Made by a program: the position numbers and the translations under genes
Origin: Rubrivivax sp.
Lineage (GTDB): Bacteria; Pseudomonadota; Gammaproteobacteria; Burkholderiales; Burkholderiaceae_C
Direction of reading: 5' to 3'
Length of the DNA: 64,000 nt
Assembly: GCA_016790435.1 (NCBI GenBank)
Contig: JAEUPE010000097.1
Location: 6,905-70,904 of the forward strand
Notes under the pieces: generated by a model
What the model saw: only the letters and a program-made list of their open reading frames with translations
The model's database searches: none
What the model was told of the DNA's origin: nothing
Shown: piece after piece, positions 36,028-45,752 of the stretch
Layout: each line of letters begins with the position of its first letter
Position numbering within the stretch: the stretch's first letter is position 1

Positions 36028-37269
36028 ATGAACGGGTTGTCGTTGGGCCGGCGGCGGGCGCTGCTGGGTGCCCTGGCGCTGGCGCAGCCCTGGGCATCGC
36101 CCTTGGCGGCTGCGACCGGAGCGCCTGGTGCCTCCGGGACGGCATCGGCCGCGGCTGGCCCCGAAGGGATCGCCGTGCCGATGCGCCTTGCCACCGCCTG
36201 GCGCGCAGCCTCTTCGCCTGCGGGCGTCTCACCCGACCGTGTCGGCGTGCTCGAGATCGACTGGGCGTCGGGCCACGTGCGCGTTGTGGCGGACGTGCCG
36301 GTGGCCGGCCGTGCGCACGGTCTGCTCGCACTGGCCGATGGTGGGTTCCTCGCCGTGGCCAACCGGCCGGGCCGCTGGCTGCTGCGCTGCGACGCGCGCG
36401 GCCAGGTTCAGCAGCGGCTTTCGATCGACGACGAGCGGCCGCGGCGCACCTTCAACGGCCACGTCGAAATGAGCGGCAAGGGCGGCAAGGGCGGCGAGGG
36501 CGACACAGGAGATTGGCTCTACACCACCGAGACCGACCCCGCCACCGGCGACAGCTGGCTCAGCGTTCGCGACGCGCGCACGCTGGTGCGCGTGTCGCAG
36601 TTTGCCGCCGGTGGCCGCGACGCGCACCAGTTCCTGCGCGCGCGCGACGGCTCGCTGCTCGTGGCCATCGGCGGCATCGTGCGCGACCGCGAAGGCCGCA
36701 AGATCGAGGCCGAGCGCATGGCGCCTTCGCTCGTGCGCCTGGCGCCCGAATCGGGTCGGCTGCTCGGGCAATGGCAACTGGACGATCCCCGATTGAGCAT
36801 CCGCCACATCGCCTGGGCGCGCGAGCGCAGCGGCGCGCTGGCGAACGAGGTCAGCGGCGCGCCGCTGCTGGGCCTGGCCCTGCAGGCCGAGCACGAGCAG
36901 GAAGACCGCCGACGCAATGCCCCCACGTTGGCCACGTGGGATGGTGCGTCGCTGCGCATCGCCACGGCCGACGCCAGCGCGGGCGGCTACGCGGGCGACA
37001 TCGCCGCCGGGCCGGGCGGTGGTTTCGTCATCAGCGCCCAGAAGGCGCGCCGTGGCCTGTGGTGGCATCCTGCGCGGCCCGAACGCCTCACGCCCGTGGC
37101 CGAGCTCACCGAGCCCTGCGCCCTGGCCACCGTGGACGGTGGCGCCGGCGTGCTCATCAGCGCGGGCCGCGGCGTGGCGCGCTGGCATGCGCGCGAAGCC
37201 CCGGCCATGCTGCCCTGGCCGGTCGCGCTGGCGCCCGACAACCACTGGGTGGTGCTGCGCGGCGCGTGA
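36028..37269 (+). CDS. DUF1513 domain protein, probably Tat-exported
   Basis: RRRALLG signal; RAHG, NRPG, FNGH, LYTTE, DAHQ, LSIRHIA, GYAGDI, PDNHW. Confidence 0.82.
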   Translation: MNGLSLGRRRALLGALALAQPWASPLAAATGAPGASGTASAAAGPEGIAVPMRLATAWRAASSPAGVSPDRVGVLEIDWASGHVRVVADVPVAGRAHGLLALADGGFLAVANRPGRWLLRCDARGQVQQRLSIDDERPRRTFNGHVEMSGKGGKGGEGDTGDWLYTTETDPATGDSWLSVRDARTLVRVSQFAAGGRDAHQFLRARDGSLLVAIGGIVRDREGRKIEAERMAPSLVRLAPESGRLLGQWQLDDPRLSIRHIAWARERSGALANEVSGAPLLGLALQAEHEQEDRRRNAPTLATWDGASLRIATADASAGGYAGDIAAGPGGGFVISAQKARRGLWWHPARPERLTPVAELTEPCALATVDGGAGVLISAGRGVARWHAREAPAMLPWPVALAPDNHWVVLRGA

Positions 37270-37282
37270 GCGCCGACCGTGC

Positions 37283-37894
37283 CTACGCGAGCAGGCCGTG
37301 GCGGCGCGCCAGCGCCATCAGGCGCTCGACCTCGCGGTCGTGCACGCCGCGCTCGCGCAGCGCGACGGCGGTTTCGGCCAGGTACTCGAGCGTCGTGCCG
37401 TAGCGCCCGCGCGCACGGCGCAGGATGTGCAGCATCTCCGCGTCGGCCAGGCGCGGCAGGCAGGCCGGGCTCTGGCGCGCCAGCGTGAAGGCGAGGGCCA
37501 GCACCGGACCGCTGGCTGTGCGGCATGGCACGAGGCGCGCGTCGTACACGCCGGTGGGCATCTCGCGCGCCCACAGGCGGTCGAGCTCGGCCTCGGCGCG
37601 TGCCGGGTGCAGGCGGTAGACCGCGCCGCGGCATGCGCCGCCGGGCAGCAGCGCGAAGACGAGCCCCGGCTCCTCGGGCGTGCCGCGATTGACGCGCGAA
37701 CGCATGCGCAGCGCCCGGTGCCAGCCGCGCAGCAAGGCCGGCCGGTGCTCGACGGCCTCGAACTCGGGCCGCCAGAGCAGCGACGCGTAGCCGAACACCC
37801 ACCATTGCGGCTCGCCGTGCCAGCGCCGGCGCAGCATCGCCAACTGCTCGGTCGGGTCGCGCAGGATCAGCTCCGGGGGCAGGCCGAGGGTCAT
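37283..37894 (-). CDS. chaC: ChaC-family gamma-glutamylcyclotransferase
   Basis: WVFGYASLLWRP, RGTPEEPGLVFAL, LWAREM, GRYGTTLEYL. Confidence 0.9.
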   Translation of the reverse strand: MTLGLPPELILRDPTEQLAMLRRRWHGEPQWWVFGYASLLWRPEFEAVEHRPALLRGWHRALRMRSRVNRGTPEEPGLVFALLPGGACRGAVYRLHPARAEAELDRLWAREMPTGVYDARLVPCRTASGPVLALAFTLARQSPACLPRLADAEMLHILRRARGRYGTTLEYLAETAVALRERGVHDREVERLMALARRHGLLA

Positions 37895-37961
37895 GGCCCG
37901 GCATTGTCGCCAGGGCACGCAACGGGCGCCGTGCCAGGGTTGCGGTGGAACGCATCCTGAT

Positions 37962-37990
37962 TTGACGATGTAACCAGGTTACGCAATACT
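37962..37990 (+). promoter_or_regulatory. Sigma70-like edd promoter with overlapping palindromic operator (HexR-like)
   Basis: TTGACG-N17-AATACT; perfect palindrome GTAACC-A-GGTTAC (37970-37982) in the spacer. Confidence 0.65.
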
Positions 37991-38018
37991 TGATACGCAG
38001 GTTACGAAGCCCGGTCGC

Positions 38019-38099
38019 CATTAGCCGCATTAGCCGCATTAGCCGCATCAGCCGCATCAGCCGCATCAGCCGCATCAGCCGCATCAGCCGCATCAGCCT
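38019..38099 (+). repeat. 9 x 9-bp tandem repeat (CATYAGCCG)
   Basis: 3 x CATTAGCCG, 5 x CATCAGCCG, then CATCAGCCT; ends 3 nt before the edd ATG. Confidence 0.97.
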
Positions 38100-38102
38100 C
38101 AC

Positions 38103-39971
38103 ATGCCCCAGAGCCTCCACCCCACCCTGCGCGCGGTCACCGAGCGCATCTGCCAGCGCAGCGCCGCCACGCGGGTGCCGTACCTGGCCCGCATCGAGCG
38201 CCTGCTGGCACGCCCGCGCGGCAGTGATCGGCTCGGCTGCGCCAACGTCGCGCACGCATTCGCGGCGCTGCCCGCCCACGACAAGCTGCGTGTCGTGGCC
38301 GAGCGCGCGCCGCACATCGGCGTGGTCACGGCCTACAACGACATGCTCTCGGCGCACCAGCCCTACGAGGGCTACCCGGCGCTCATCCGCGAAGAGGCGC
38401 GCCGCCTCGGCGCCACCGTGCAGGTGGCCGGCGGCGTGCCCGCCATGTGCGACGGCGTCACGCAGGGCCAGCCGGGCATGGAGCTGAGCCTGTTCTCGCG
38501 CGACGCCATCGCCATGGGCACGGCCATCGCGCTCTCGCACGACGTGTTCGACGGCGTGCTGCTGCTCGGCATCTGCGACAAGATCGTGCCCGGGTTGCTC
38601 ATCGGCGCGCTGCACTTCGGCCACCTGCCCTGTGTCTTCGTGCCCGCCGGGCCGATGGGCACGGGGCTGGCCAATGCCGACAAGGCCAAGGTGCGCGAGC
38701 GCCACGCCGCCGGCGAGGTCGGGCGCGAGGCGCTGCTCGCCGCCGAGAGTGCCGCGTACCACGGTGCCGGCACCTGCACCTTCTACGGCACGGCCAACAG
38801 CAACCAGATGCTGCTCGAGGCGATGGGCCTGCACGTGCCGGGTGCCGCGTTTGCGCACCCTCACGGCGAGCTGCGCTCGGCGCTCACACGCGAGGCCGTG
38901 GCCACCGTGCTGCGCGCGACGGCGCGCGGCGCGCCACTCCGGCCGTCCTCCGAACCATCCTCGCAGTCGCCTTTCCGACCCATCGGCCGACTCGTCGACG
39001 AGCGCGTCATCGTCAATGCCATGGCGGCGCTGCTCGCCACCGGCGGCAGCACCAACCACCTCATCCACTGGGTGGCGGTGGCGCGCGCCGCCGGCATCGC
39101 CCTCGACTGGAGCGACTTCGCCGAGTTGTCGGCCGTGGTGCCGCTGCTGGCGCGCGTGTACCCCAACGGCGAGGCCGACGTGAACCAGTTCCAGGCCTGC
39201 GGCGGGCCCGGGTTCGTGATCGGCGAACTGCTCGCCGCCGGCCTGATGCACGCCGACGTGGCCACGGTGGGTGAGGGCGGCCTCGCGAGTTATGGCCGGG
39301 TGCCGGCGCTCGCCGAGGGCCAGCGCCTGCGGTGGAGCGCGCCCGATGTGGCCGCAGCTGACCCGGCCATCGTGCGCCCCGTGTCGCAGGCGTTTTCGCC
39401 CACCGGCGGGCTGAAGCTGCTCACCGGCAACCTGGGCCGCGCCGTCATCAAGACCTCGGCCGTGCCGGACATCCGCCACGTCGTCGAAGCCCCGGCGCGC
39501 GTGTTCACCAGCCAGGAGGCCCTGCTTGCGGCCTTCAACGCAGGCGAGCTGGAACGCGACGTGGTCGTCGTCGTGCGCTTCCAGGGGCCGCGCGCCAACG
39601 GCATGCCGGAACTGCACAAGCTGACACCACCGCTGGCGGTGCTGCAGGGCCGCGGCTTCCAGGTGGCCCTCGTCACAGACGGGCGCATGAGCGGCGCCAG
39701 TGGCAAGGTGCCGGCCGCGATCCACGTGAGCCCCGAGGCGCTGGCCGGCGGTCCGCTGGCGAAGCTGCGCGACGGCGATGTTGTCCGCGTCGATGCGGTC
39801 GCCGGCACGCTCTCGGCGCTGGTGGAAGAGACCACGTGGTTGCAGCGCGAGAATGCCGAGCGGCCGGCCGACGAGGCCGAAGCGCACGAGCACGATCTTG
39901 GCCGCGAGCTCTTCGCCGGATTCCGGCGCCATGTCAGCAGCGCCGAAGAAGGCGCGATCAGCTGGCTCTGA
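38103..39971 (+). CDS. edd: Phosphogluconate dehydratase
   Basis: [68 protein letters not shown]. Confidence 0.97.
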   Translation: MPQSLHPTLRAVTERICQRSAATRVPYLARIERLLARPRGSDRLGCANVAHAFAALPAHDKLRVVAERAPHIGVVTAYNDMLSAHQPYEGYPALIREEARRLGATVQVAGGVPAMCDGVTQGQPGMELSLFSRDAIAMGTAIALSHDVFDGVLLLGICDKIVPGLLIGALHFGHLPCVFVPAGPMGTGLANADKAKVRERHAAGEVGREALLAAESAAYHGAGTCTFYGTANSNQMLLEAMGLHVPGAAFAHPHGELRSALTREAVATVLRATARGAPLRPSSEPSSQSPFRPIGRLVDERVIVNAMAALLATGGSTNHLIHWVAVARAAGIALDWSDFAELSAVVPLLARVYPNGEADVNQFQACGGPGFVIGELLAAGLMHADVATVGEGGLASYGRVPALAEGQRLRWSAPDVAAADPAIVRPVSQAFSPTGGLKLLTGNLGRAVIKTSAVPDIRHVVEAPARVFTSQEALLAAFNAGELERDVVVVVRFQGPRANGMPELHKLTPPLAVLQGRGFQVALVTDGRMSGASGKVPAAIHVSPEALAGGPLAKLRDGDVVRVDAVAGTLSALVEETTWLQRENAERPADEAEAHEHDLGRELFAGFRRHVSSAEEGAISWL

Positions 39972-39999
39972 ACAGCGTGGCCACCGGCCACCCAACACG

Positions 40000-40662
40000 A
40001 TGACGAACACCCGCTCCTCCACCACAGGCACCACCGCGCCGCTCGTCCCTGCCGACCTGGCCCGCCACGGGCCGGTGATCCCGGTCATCGTCGTCGACCA
40101 GCTCGACCACGCCGTGCCACTGGCGCGCGCGCTCGTGGCCGGTGGTGTGAAGGTGCTCGAAGTGACTCTGCGCACGCCGGTGGCGCTGGCCGCCATCGAG
40201 GCGATGGCGCGCGCCGTGCCCGAGGCCATCGTCGGCGCCGGCACGCTGCGCACCGCTGCCGACGTGCGCGCGGCGTGCGACGCTGGCGCGCGCTTCGGCG
40301 TGAGCCCGGGCTACACCCGCGAGATCGGCGCCGCCTGCCGCGCGGCGGGCCTGCCCCTGCTGCCCGGCGTGGCCACCGCCGGCGAGGTGATGGCGGCGAG
40401 TGCCGACGGGCACGATTTCCTGAAGTTCTTCCCGGCCTCGGCCGCTGGCGGCGTGCCGATGCTGAAGGCGCTGGCGGGGCCGTTTGCCGACGTGGCCTTC
40501 TGCCCGACAGGCGGCATCAGCGTGGAGACGGCGCCTCAGTACCTGGCCCTGCCCAACGTGCGCGTGGTCGGCGGCTCCTGGCTGACGCCGGCCGATGCGC
40601 TGCGCGCGGGCGACTGGTCGCGCATCACGCAACTGGCGCGCGCCGCGTCGGCGCTTCGGTAG
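40000..40662 (+). CDS. eda: KDPG/KHG aldolase
   Basis: [39 protein letters not shown]. Confidence 0.96.
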   Translation: MTNTRSSTTGTTAPLVPADLARHGPVIPVIVVDQLDHAVPLARALVAGGVKVLEVTLRTPVALAAIEAMARAVPEAIVGAGTLRTAADVRAACDAGARFGVSPGYTREIGAACRAAGLPLLPGVATAGEVMAASADGHDFLKFFPASAAGGVPMLKALAGPFADVAFCPTGGISVETAPQYLALPNVRVVGGSWLTPADALRAGDWSRITQLARAASALR

Positions 40663-40676
40663 CGGGCGCCTCGGCG

Positions 40677-41252
40677 CTACTTGCGCACCGGCGGCGGCTT
40701 CACGTCGCCGCAGTCGGCAGCGACCCACTTGCTGGTGCTGTCCATGTCCATGCGGAAGGCCTTGCCCTGGCGCATGACGTTGACGAACATCTTGCCCTTG
40801 GTCTCGGTGTCGCTCACGAGGGTGAATTCGCCTTCGCCCTCGGCCGTGCCGCCGCGCTCGCTCTCGCAGGCGAACTTGAAGCGCACCGTGTTGCCGCTGC
40901 GCGAGTGGCCTGTGCTCTTGCAGTTCTTGTCGCCGGGGTTGAACTCGTTGCGGCTGGCCATCTCGGGCGAGATGCAGCTGCGCACGGTGTTCGGCTTGCC
41001 GGTCGCCATGCCCATGCCCTGGCGGGCCATCATGGCCTCGACCTGGGCCCGCTGCTCGGGCGGCATGCGCGCCATCTGTTCCTGCATGCGCGCCATCGCT
41101 GCCTCGACCTCGCCGCCGCTGGACTTCATGCTGACGGTGTTCTCCCACAGGCCCGGTCGGATCTTCTGCGCCTGGGCACCGCCGGCCCCGAGCACGGCGA
41201 TGGTGGCCACGGCGAGCAGCCGCGGGGCGAGGTCGACGATGTGGCGAAACAT
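40677..41252 (-). CDS. DUF3617-like exported protein
   Basis: Signal peptide, IRPGLWE, Met/Gln-rich helix MPPEQRAQVEAMM, conserved Cys residues, C-term ADCGDVKP. Confidence 0.78.
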   Translation of the reverse strand: MFRHIVDLAPRLLAVATIAVLGAGGAQAQKIRPGLWENTVSMKSSGGEVEAAMARMQEQMARMPPEQRAQVEAMMARQGMGMATGKPNTVRSCISPEMASRNEFNPGDKNCKSTGHSRSGNTVRFKFACESERGGTAEGEGEFTLVSDTETKGKMFVNVMRQGKAFRMDMDSTSKWVAADCGDVKPPPVRK

Positions 41253-41380
41253 GGCTCTGTTCCTTCTCTGGCCGCTCTTCGGGAGTGGGATGCTGCGCCG
41301 GACGTGGCGTCCAACGCACCATCCATTCTGGCCGGCCACGAACCCGCCGACCACCCGCGTGAGTGGGGAGGAATCGAGGT

Positions 41381-41782
41381 TCAGCCGGCGTCGCGCTCGA
41401 TCAACTCGATCTTGTAGCCGTCAGGATCGGTGATGAAGGCGATCATGGTCGTGCCGCCCTTCACGGGGCCGGGCTCGCGCGTGATGGCGCCACCGAGCGC
41501 CGAGGCCTTGGCACGCACGGCGGCGCACGTGGCGGCGACGTCGGCCACGCCGATGGCCACGTGGCCGAAGGCACTGCCGAGCTCGTACTTCTCGACGCCG
41601 TGGTTGTAGGTGAGCTCGATCTCGGCGTGTTCCGGATTGCGCCCATAGCCGACGAAGGCGAGGTCGTACTTCTGGTCCGGCCTCTCGGTCGTGCGCAGCA
41701 GCGTCATGCCGAGCACCTGGGTGTAGAAGTCGATGGAGCGTTGCAGGTTGCCGACGCGCAGCATGGTGTGGAGGACTCTCAT
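41381..41782 (-). CDS. gloA: Lactoylglutathione lyase (glyoxalase I)
   Basis: [46 protein letters not shown]. Confidence 0.96.
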   Translation of the reverse strand: MRVLHTMLRVGNLQRSIDFYTQVLGMTLLRTTERPDQKYDLAFVGYGRNPEHAEIELTYNHGVEKYELGSAFGHVAIGVADVAATCAAVRAKASALGGAITREPGPVKGGTTMIAFITDPDGYKIELIERDAG

Positions 41783-41786
41783 CGGC

Positions 41787-42359
41787 CTATTTTGACGGCA
41801 TCTCGAAGACGAGGCAGGTCGTCGTGCCGTGTGCGTAGAGCGTGCCATCCGGGCCGACCAGGCGGCCCTCGGCCGTGGCGAGCTGGCGGCCGCAGTGCAC
41901 CACCTCGCCGATGGCACGCACGCGCGCCAGCGTCGGCGGGATGGCGCGCACGAGGTTCACGCTCAGTTCGGCCGTTGTGTAGGCGCGGCCCTGCGGCATC
42001 ATCGTGTGCACGGCGCAGCCGAGCGCGCTGTCCAGCAGCGTCGCATACCAGCCGCCGTGGATGCCGCCCATCGGGTTGAGCAGCGTGGGTCCGGGCCGGC
42101 CCTGGAAGACGGCGCGACCGGCCGCCACCTCGATGATCATGAAGTCCAGCGTGCGCGCGATGGCGGCATGCGGCAATTCGCCGGCCAGCATGCGCTGCAT
42201 CAGCGTCAGGCCGTCGATCGACAGCACCACGTCGCGCGGCGCCACGCCCGGGCCGGGGCCGCGCTCGAGCTGCGCGCGCAGCGCGGTCTCGGCCGCCAGC
42301 CAGGCGTCGAGCTCGGAGGGTTTCGAAGCGGCCGCAGGGCCAGAGGCGGGCTTGTCCAT
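41787..42359 (-). CDS. PaaI-family thioesterase
   Basis: [41 protein letters not shown]. Confidence 0.9.
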   Translation of the reverse strand: MDKPASGPAAASKPSELDAWLAAETALRAQLERGPGPGVAPRDVVLSIDGLTLMQRMLAGELPHAAIARTLDFMIIEVAAGRAVFQGRPGPTLLNPMGGIHGGWYATLLDSALGCAVHTMMPQGRAYTTAELSVNLVRAIPPTLARVRAIGEVVHCGRQLATAEGRLVGPDGTLYAHGTTTCLVFEMPSK

Positions 42360-42377
42360 TTCGGGCGTGGGGATTGG

Positions 42378-42389
42378 TTGTATATGCAA
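42378..42389. promoter_or_regulatory. Candidate MarR operator
   Basis: Near-palindrome TTGTATATGCAA in the short AT-rich divergent spacer between the PaaI and MarR genes. Confidence 0.5.
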
Positions 42390-42401
42390 ACATTCTCGGC
42401 C

Positions 42402-42941
42402 ATGCGTTCCCACCCTGCACCCGCCACGAGAAAGCCCCTGTCGGCGAAATCCTCGGCTTCCTCAGCAGCGCCGCCCGCGGCGACGGCGGCAGTCGTGCAG
42501 GGCTGCACCCACCTCAAGCTGCGCCAGCTCGGGCGCGTCGTGGCCCGTCACTACGAGGCAAGCCTCGCCGGCAGCGGTCTCAGGATCAACCAGTACTCGC
42601 TGCTGTCGGCCGTGGTGAAGCTCGGCCCGGTCGGCCTCGGCGAGCTGGCCTCGGCGCTGCGGCTGGACAGCTCGACGCTTTCGCGCAACCTGCAGCCTCT
42701 GGTGGATCAACAGCTCGTCGAGGTGCGGCCGGGCGCGGGCGACGCGCGCAGCCGCGTCGCCGTGGCCACCGCGGCGGGCGAGGCGATGCGCGCCGAGGCG
42801 CAGCGCGCCTGGAAGCAGGCGCAGCTGGCGCTGAACGAACGACTGGGGCGCGAGCGCGTGGCCACGCTGCACGCCTTGATCGATGAATCGCTGGCGATGC
42901 TCGAGTCGCCGGCTCAGGACGCCGACCATGAGCCAGACTGA
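42402..42941 (+). CDS. MarR-family transcriptional regulator
   Basis: GCTHLKLRQLGR, QYSLL, LDSSTLSRNLQPL, DARSR, AWKQAQ. Confidence 0.88.
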   Translation: MRSHPAPATRKPLSAKSSASSAAPPAATAAVVQGCTHLKLRQLGRVVARHYEASLAGSGLRINQYSLLSAVVKLGPVGLGELASALRLDSSTLSRNLQPLVDQQLVEVRPGAGDARSRVAVATAAGEAMRAEAQRAWKQAQLALNERLGRERVATLHALIDESLAMLESPAQDADHEPD

Positions 42942-44190
42942 CGCCGCCCGTTCTTTGCCACGGCTGCCCCCGCTCGCCCTGGTGCTGCTGGCCGCCGCGG
43001 GCACCTTTGCGTTGACGATGGGCGCGCGGCAGTCGATGGGCCTTTTCGTCGGCGCGCTCAACACGCACACCGGCCTCGGGCTGGCGGCGGTGAGCCTGGC
43101 CTTCGCGTTTGGCCAGCTCTGCTGGGGTTTGACGCAGCCGCTCGCCGGCATCGTCGCCGACCGAGCCGGGCCAGGGCGCGTGCTCGTGGTTGGCGTGCTG
43201 CTGGTGGCGCTGGGCACCTGGCTGATCCCGCGCATGCAGAGCACGACCGGCCTCGTGCTCGCCATCGGCGTGCTGGCCGCGGGTGGCGCCGGCATGGCCG
43301 GCCCGGCGGTGCTGATGGCGGCGGTGACGCGGCTCGTCGACCCGGCCCGGCGCGGCTTTGCCACCGGCGTCGTCAACGCCGGCGGCTCGTTCGGCCAGTT
43401 CATCTTCGCGCCGTTGGCGCAGGCCATCACGGCGGCCTCTGGCTGGATGGCGGCGGTGCAGGCGCTGGCCTTCATCACGCTGCTGGCGCTGCCGGCGGCG
43501 TGGGTGCTGCGCGCGCCGCCGCAGGTTGCGGCGGCGGCCGGCAGGCCGCCGCGCGAAGGCACGCGCGCCGCCATCGCACGCGCCTGGCGCGACAAGAGCT
43601 ACCGGCTGCTGGCCGCCGGTTTCTTCGTCTGCGGTTTCCACGTCGCCTTCCTCGCCACGCACCTGCCGGGTGTCGTGGCCAGCTGCGGCCTCGCCCCCGA
43701 GGTGGGTGCGTGGTCGCTGGCGCTGCTGGGCCTGTTCAACATCGTCGGCAGCGTTGGCATCGGCTGGGCCATGGGCTACCAGGGCGGGCGCTGGCGCATG
43801 AAGTCGATGCTGTCGCTGATCTACGCCACGCGCGCCGTGGCCGTCCTCCTGTTCGTGCTGGCGCCGAAGTCGACGGCAGTCGTGCTCGTCTTCGCGGCGG
43901 TGATGGGCCTCACCTTTCTCTCGACGGTGCCGCCGACGGCGGGCCTCGTGGCGCGCTTCTTCGGGCCGGCGCACATGGCCACGCTCTTCGGCCTCGTCAT
44001 GCTCTCGCACCAGATCGGCGGCTTCCTCGGCGCATGGCTCGGCGGCCAGGTGTTCGAGGCGACCGGCGGCTACGACGTGGTGTGGTTCATCGACATCGCG
44101 CTCGCCGTGGCGGCAGCGCTCATCCACCTGCCCATTGCCGAGCCACGCACGACACCCGCACCTGCCGCAGCCGCGGCCGCGGGGGGCTGA
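42928..44190 (+). CDS. MFS transporter
   Basis: GARQSMGLF, ADRAG, GFFVCGFHVAF, LSTVPPT, HQIGGFLG; about 12 TM segments. Confidence 0.9.
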   Translation: MSQTDAARSLPRLPPLALVLLAAAGTFALTMGARQSMGLFVGALNTHTGLGLAAVSLAFAFGQLCWGLTQPLAGIVADRAGPGRVLVVGVLLVALGTWLIPRMQSTTGLVLAIGVLAAGGAGMAGPAVLMAAVTRLVDPARRGFATGVVNAGGSFGQFIFAPLAQAITAASGWMAAVQALAFITLLALPAAWVLRAPPQVAAAAGRPPREGTRAAIARAWRDKSYRLLAAGFFVCGFHVAFLATHLPGVVASCGLAPEVGAWSLALLGLFNIVGSVGIGWAMGYQGGRWRMKSMLSLIYATRAVAVLLFVLAPKSTAVVLVFAAVMGLTFLSTVPPTAGLVARFFGPAHMATLFGLVMLSHQIGGFLGAWLGGQVFEATGGYDVVWFIDIALAVAAALIHLPIAEPRTTPAPAAAAAAGG

Positions 44191-44206
44191 TCTCCGGACG
44201 GCGCCC

Positions 44207-44791
44207 TCAGGGGCTGCCTGACCCCACGCCCGCCAGCACCGCCACGCCGATGGCCGCGAACACCACGGCCGCGATGCGGTGCACCCACTGCACCGGCAGC
44301 AGCTTCACGGCTTTGTCGCCGAGCAGTACCGCGGGCACGTTCGCGATCATCATGCCCAGCGTCGTGCCGGCGGTCACCGTGACCAGCGCGTCGTAGCGCG
44401 CGGCCAGCATGATGGTGGCGATCTGTGTCTTGTCGCCCATCTCGGCGAGGAAGAACGCGACCGTCGTGATGCCGAAGACGCCTAAGCGGCCCGGCCCGGC
44501 GCGCGCGCCCTCGTCGTCGTCAACGCGGTCGGGCACCAGCATCCACAGCGCGACGGCGATGAACGAGCCGCCCAGCACCCAGCGCAGCCACTGTGGGTCG
44601 ACCACGCGCGTGATCCAGGTGCCGAGCGCGCCGGCGGCGGCGTGGTTGGCGAGCGTCGCTACCAGGATGCCGGCGATGATCGGCCCCGGCCGGTGGTAGC
44701 GCGCCGCCAGCAGCAACGCCAGCAGTTGCGTCTTGTCGCCGATCTCACCCAAGGCCACCACGCCGGTGGAGACGAGGAAGGCCTCGATCAA
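44207..44791 (-). CDS. TMEM165/GDT1 (UPF0016) Mn2+/Ca2+ transporter
   Basis: Two ExGD(K)TQ motifs: GEIGDKTQ and AEMGDKTQ; TTG start. Confidence 0.92.
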   Translation of the reverse strand: MIEAFLVSTGVVALGEIGDKTQLLALLLAARYHRPGPIIAGILVATLANHAAAGALGTWITRVVDPQWLRWVLGGSFIAVALWMLVPDRVDDDEGARAGPGRLGVFGITTVAFFLAEMGDKTQIATIMLAARYDALVTVTAGTTLGMMIANVPAVLLGDKAVKLLPVQWVHRIAAVVFAAIGVAVLAGVGSGSP

Positions 44792-44846
44792 CCGGGCCCT
44801 CCGCGGCGGGCGCCGCCGCGCGTGTGCCGAGCAACGTGCGGGCGGC

Positions 44847-45653
44847 TCAGACCGGCACCGTGTAGTTGAGCGTCATGCGGCCCCCGTCGACGACGACGAT
44901 CTCGCCGGTGACGTAGCTTGCGGCGTCGGAGAGCAGGAAGGCCACGACGTCGGCGATCTCGGCCGGCTCGCCCAGGCGCTTCATCGGTGTGCGGCTCATG
45001 ATGCGCGAGCGCGCCTCGTCGCTCGTCAGCACGGCCGCCTTCGCCAGCTCGGTGGCGATGGTGCCCGGCGCCACGGCGTTGACGCGCACGCGCTGGTCGG
45101 CCAGCGAGAGCGCCATCACGCGCGTGAGCTGGTTGATGGCGCCCTTGCTGGCGTTGTAGCTGGCGATGGTCGGGATGGTGAGCGTGCCGTTGACGCTGCT
45201 CATGTTGACGATGGCGCCGCGGCTGGACCGTTCGCCGGCGCCGGGCGCGTACTTCACCAACTCGCGCGCCACTGCCTGACCGACAAGGAAGCTGCCCTTC
45301 AGGTTGACGTCGAGCACGGCATCCCAGTCGGCCTCGGTGATCTCGAGAAAGGGCGCGGCCTTGAAGATGCCGGCGTTGTTGACGAGGCCGTCGAGGCGGC
45401 CGAAGGCGGCGAGCGTGGCGTCGAGCGCCGCGTCCACGTCGGCCTTTTTGGCCACGTTGCAGTGGCAATAGGTGGCCGAGGCGCCGAGCTCGGCCGCGAG
45501 GCGGGCGCCGGCGTCGTCGGCGAGGTCCCACAGCGCCACGCGCGCGCCGTCGGCGACGAGGCGCCGGGCGCAGGCTTCGCCGATGCCCTGGGCACCGCCG
45601 GTGACGATGTAGATGCGGCCTTCGAGGCCGAAGCGGATGGAGGGCTGGGTCAT
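44847..45653 (-). CDS. SDR-family oxidoreductase
   Basis: TGGAQGIG, NNAG, YNASK, NAVAPG, VDGG. Confidence 0.93.
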   Translation of the reverse strand: MTQPSIRFGLEGRIYIVTGGAQGIGEACARRLVADGARVALWDLADDAGARLAAELGASATYCHCNVAKKADVDAALDATLAAFGRLDGLVNNAGIFKAAPFLEITEADWDAVLDVNLKGSFLVGQAVARELVKYAPGAGERSSRGAIVNMSSVNGTLTIPTIASYNASKGAINQLTRVMALSLADQRVRVNAVAPGTIATELAKAAVLTSDEARSRIMSRTPMKRLGEPAEIADVVAFLLSDAASYVTGEIVVVDGGRMTLNYTVPV

Positions 45654-45752
45654 GCGGCGCGCCGCGGCGCGCAGGGGCTCGACGGCGGGCGCGCAGTTTA
45701 GCTGCGTGCCGGACCCCCAAACACCGCCGACGAGGTTGCCGACGAGGGGCGA

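Noticed and set aside
38019-38099. Possible CRISPR array (also considered for 6673-6790)
   Set aside because: Contiguous tandem units with no unique spacers, and no cas genes in the window
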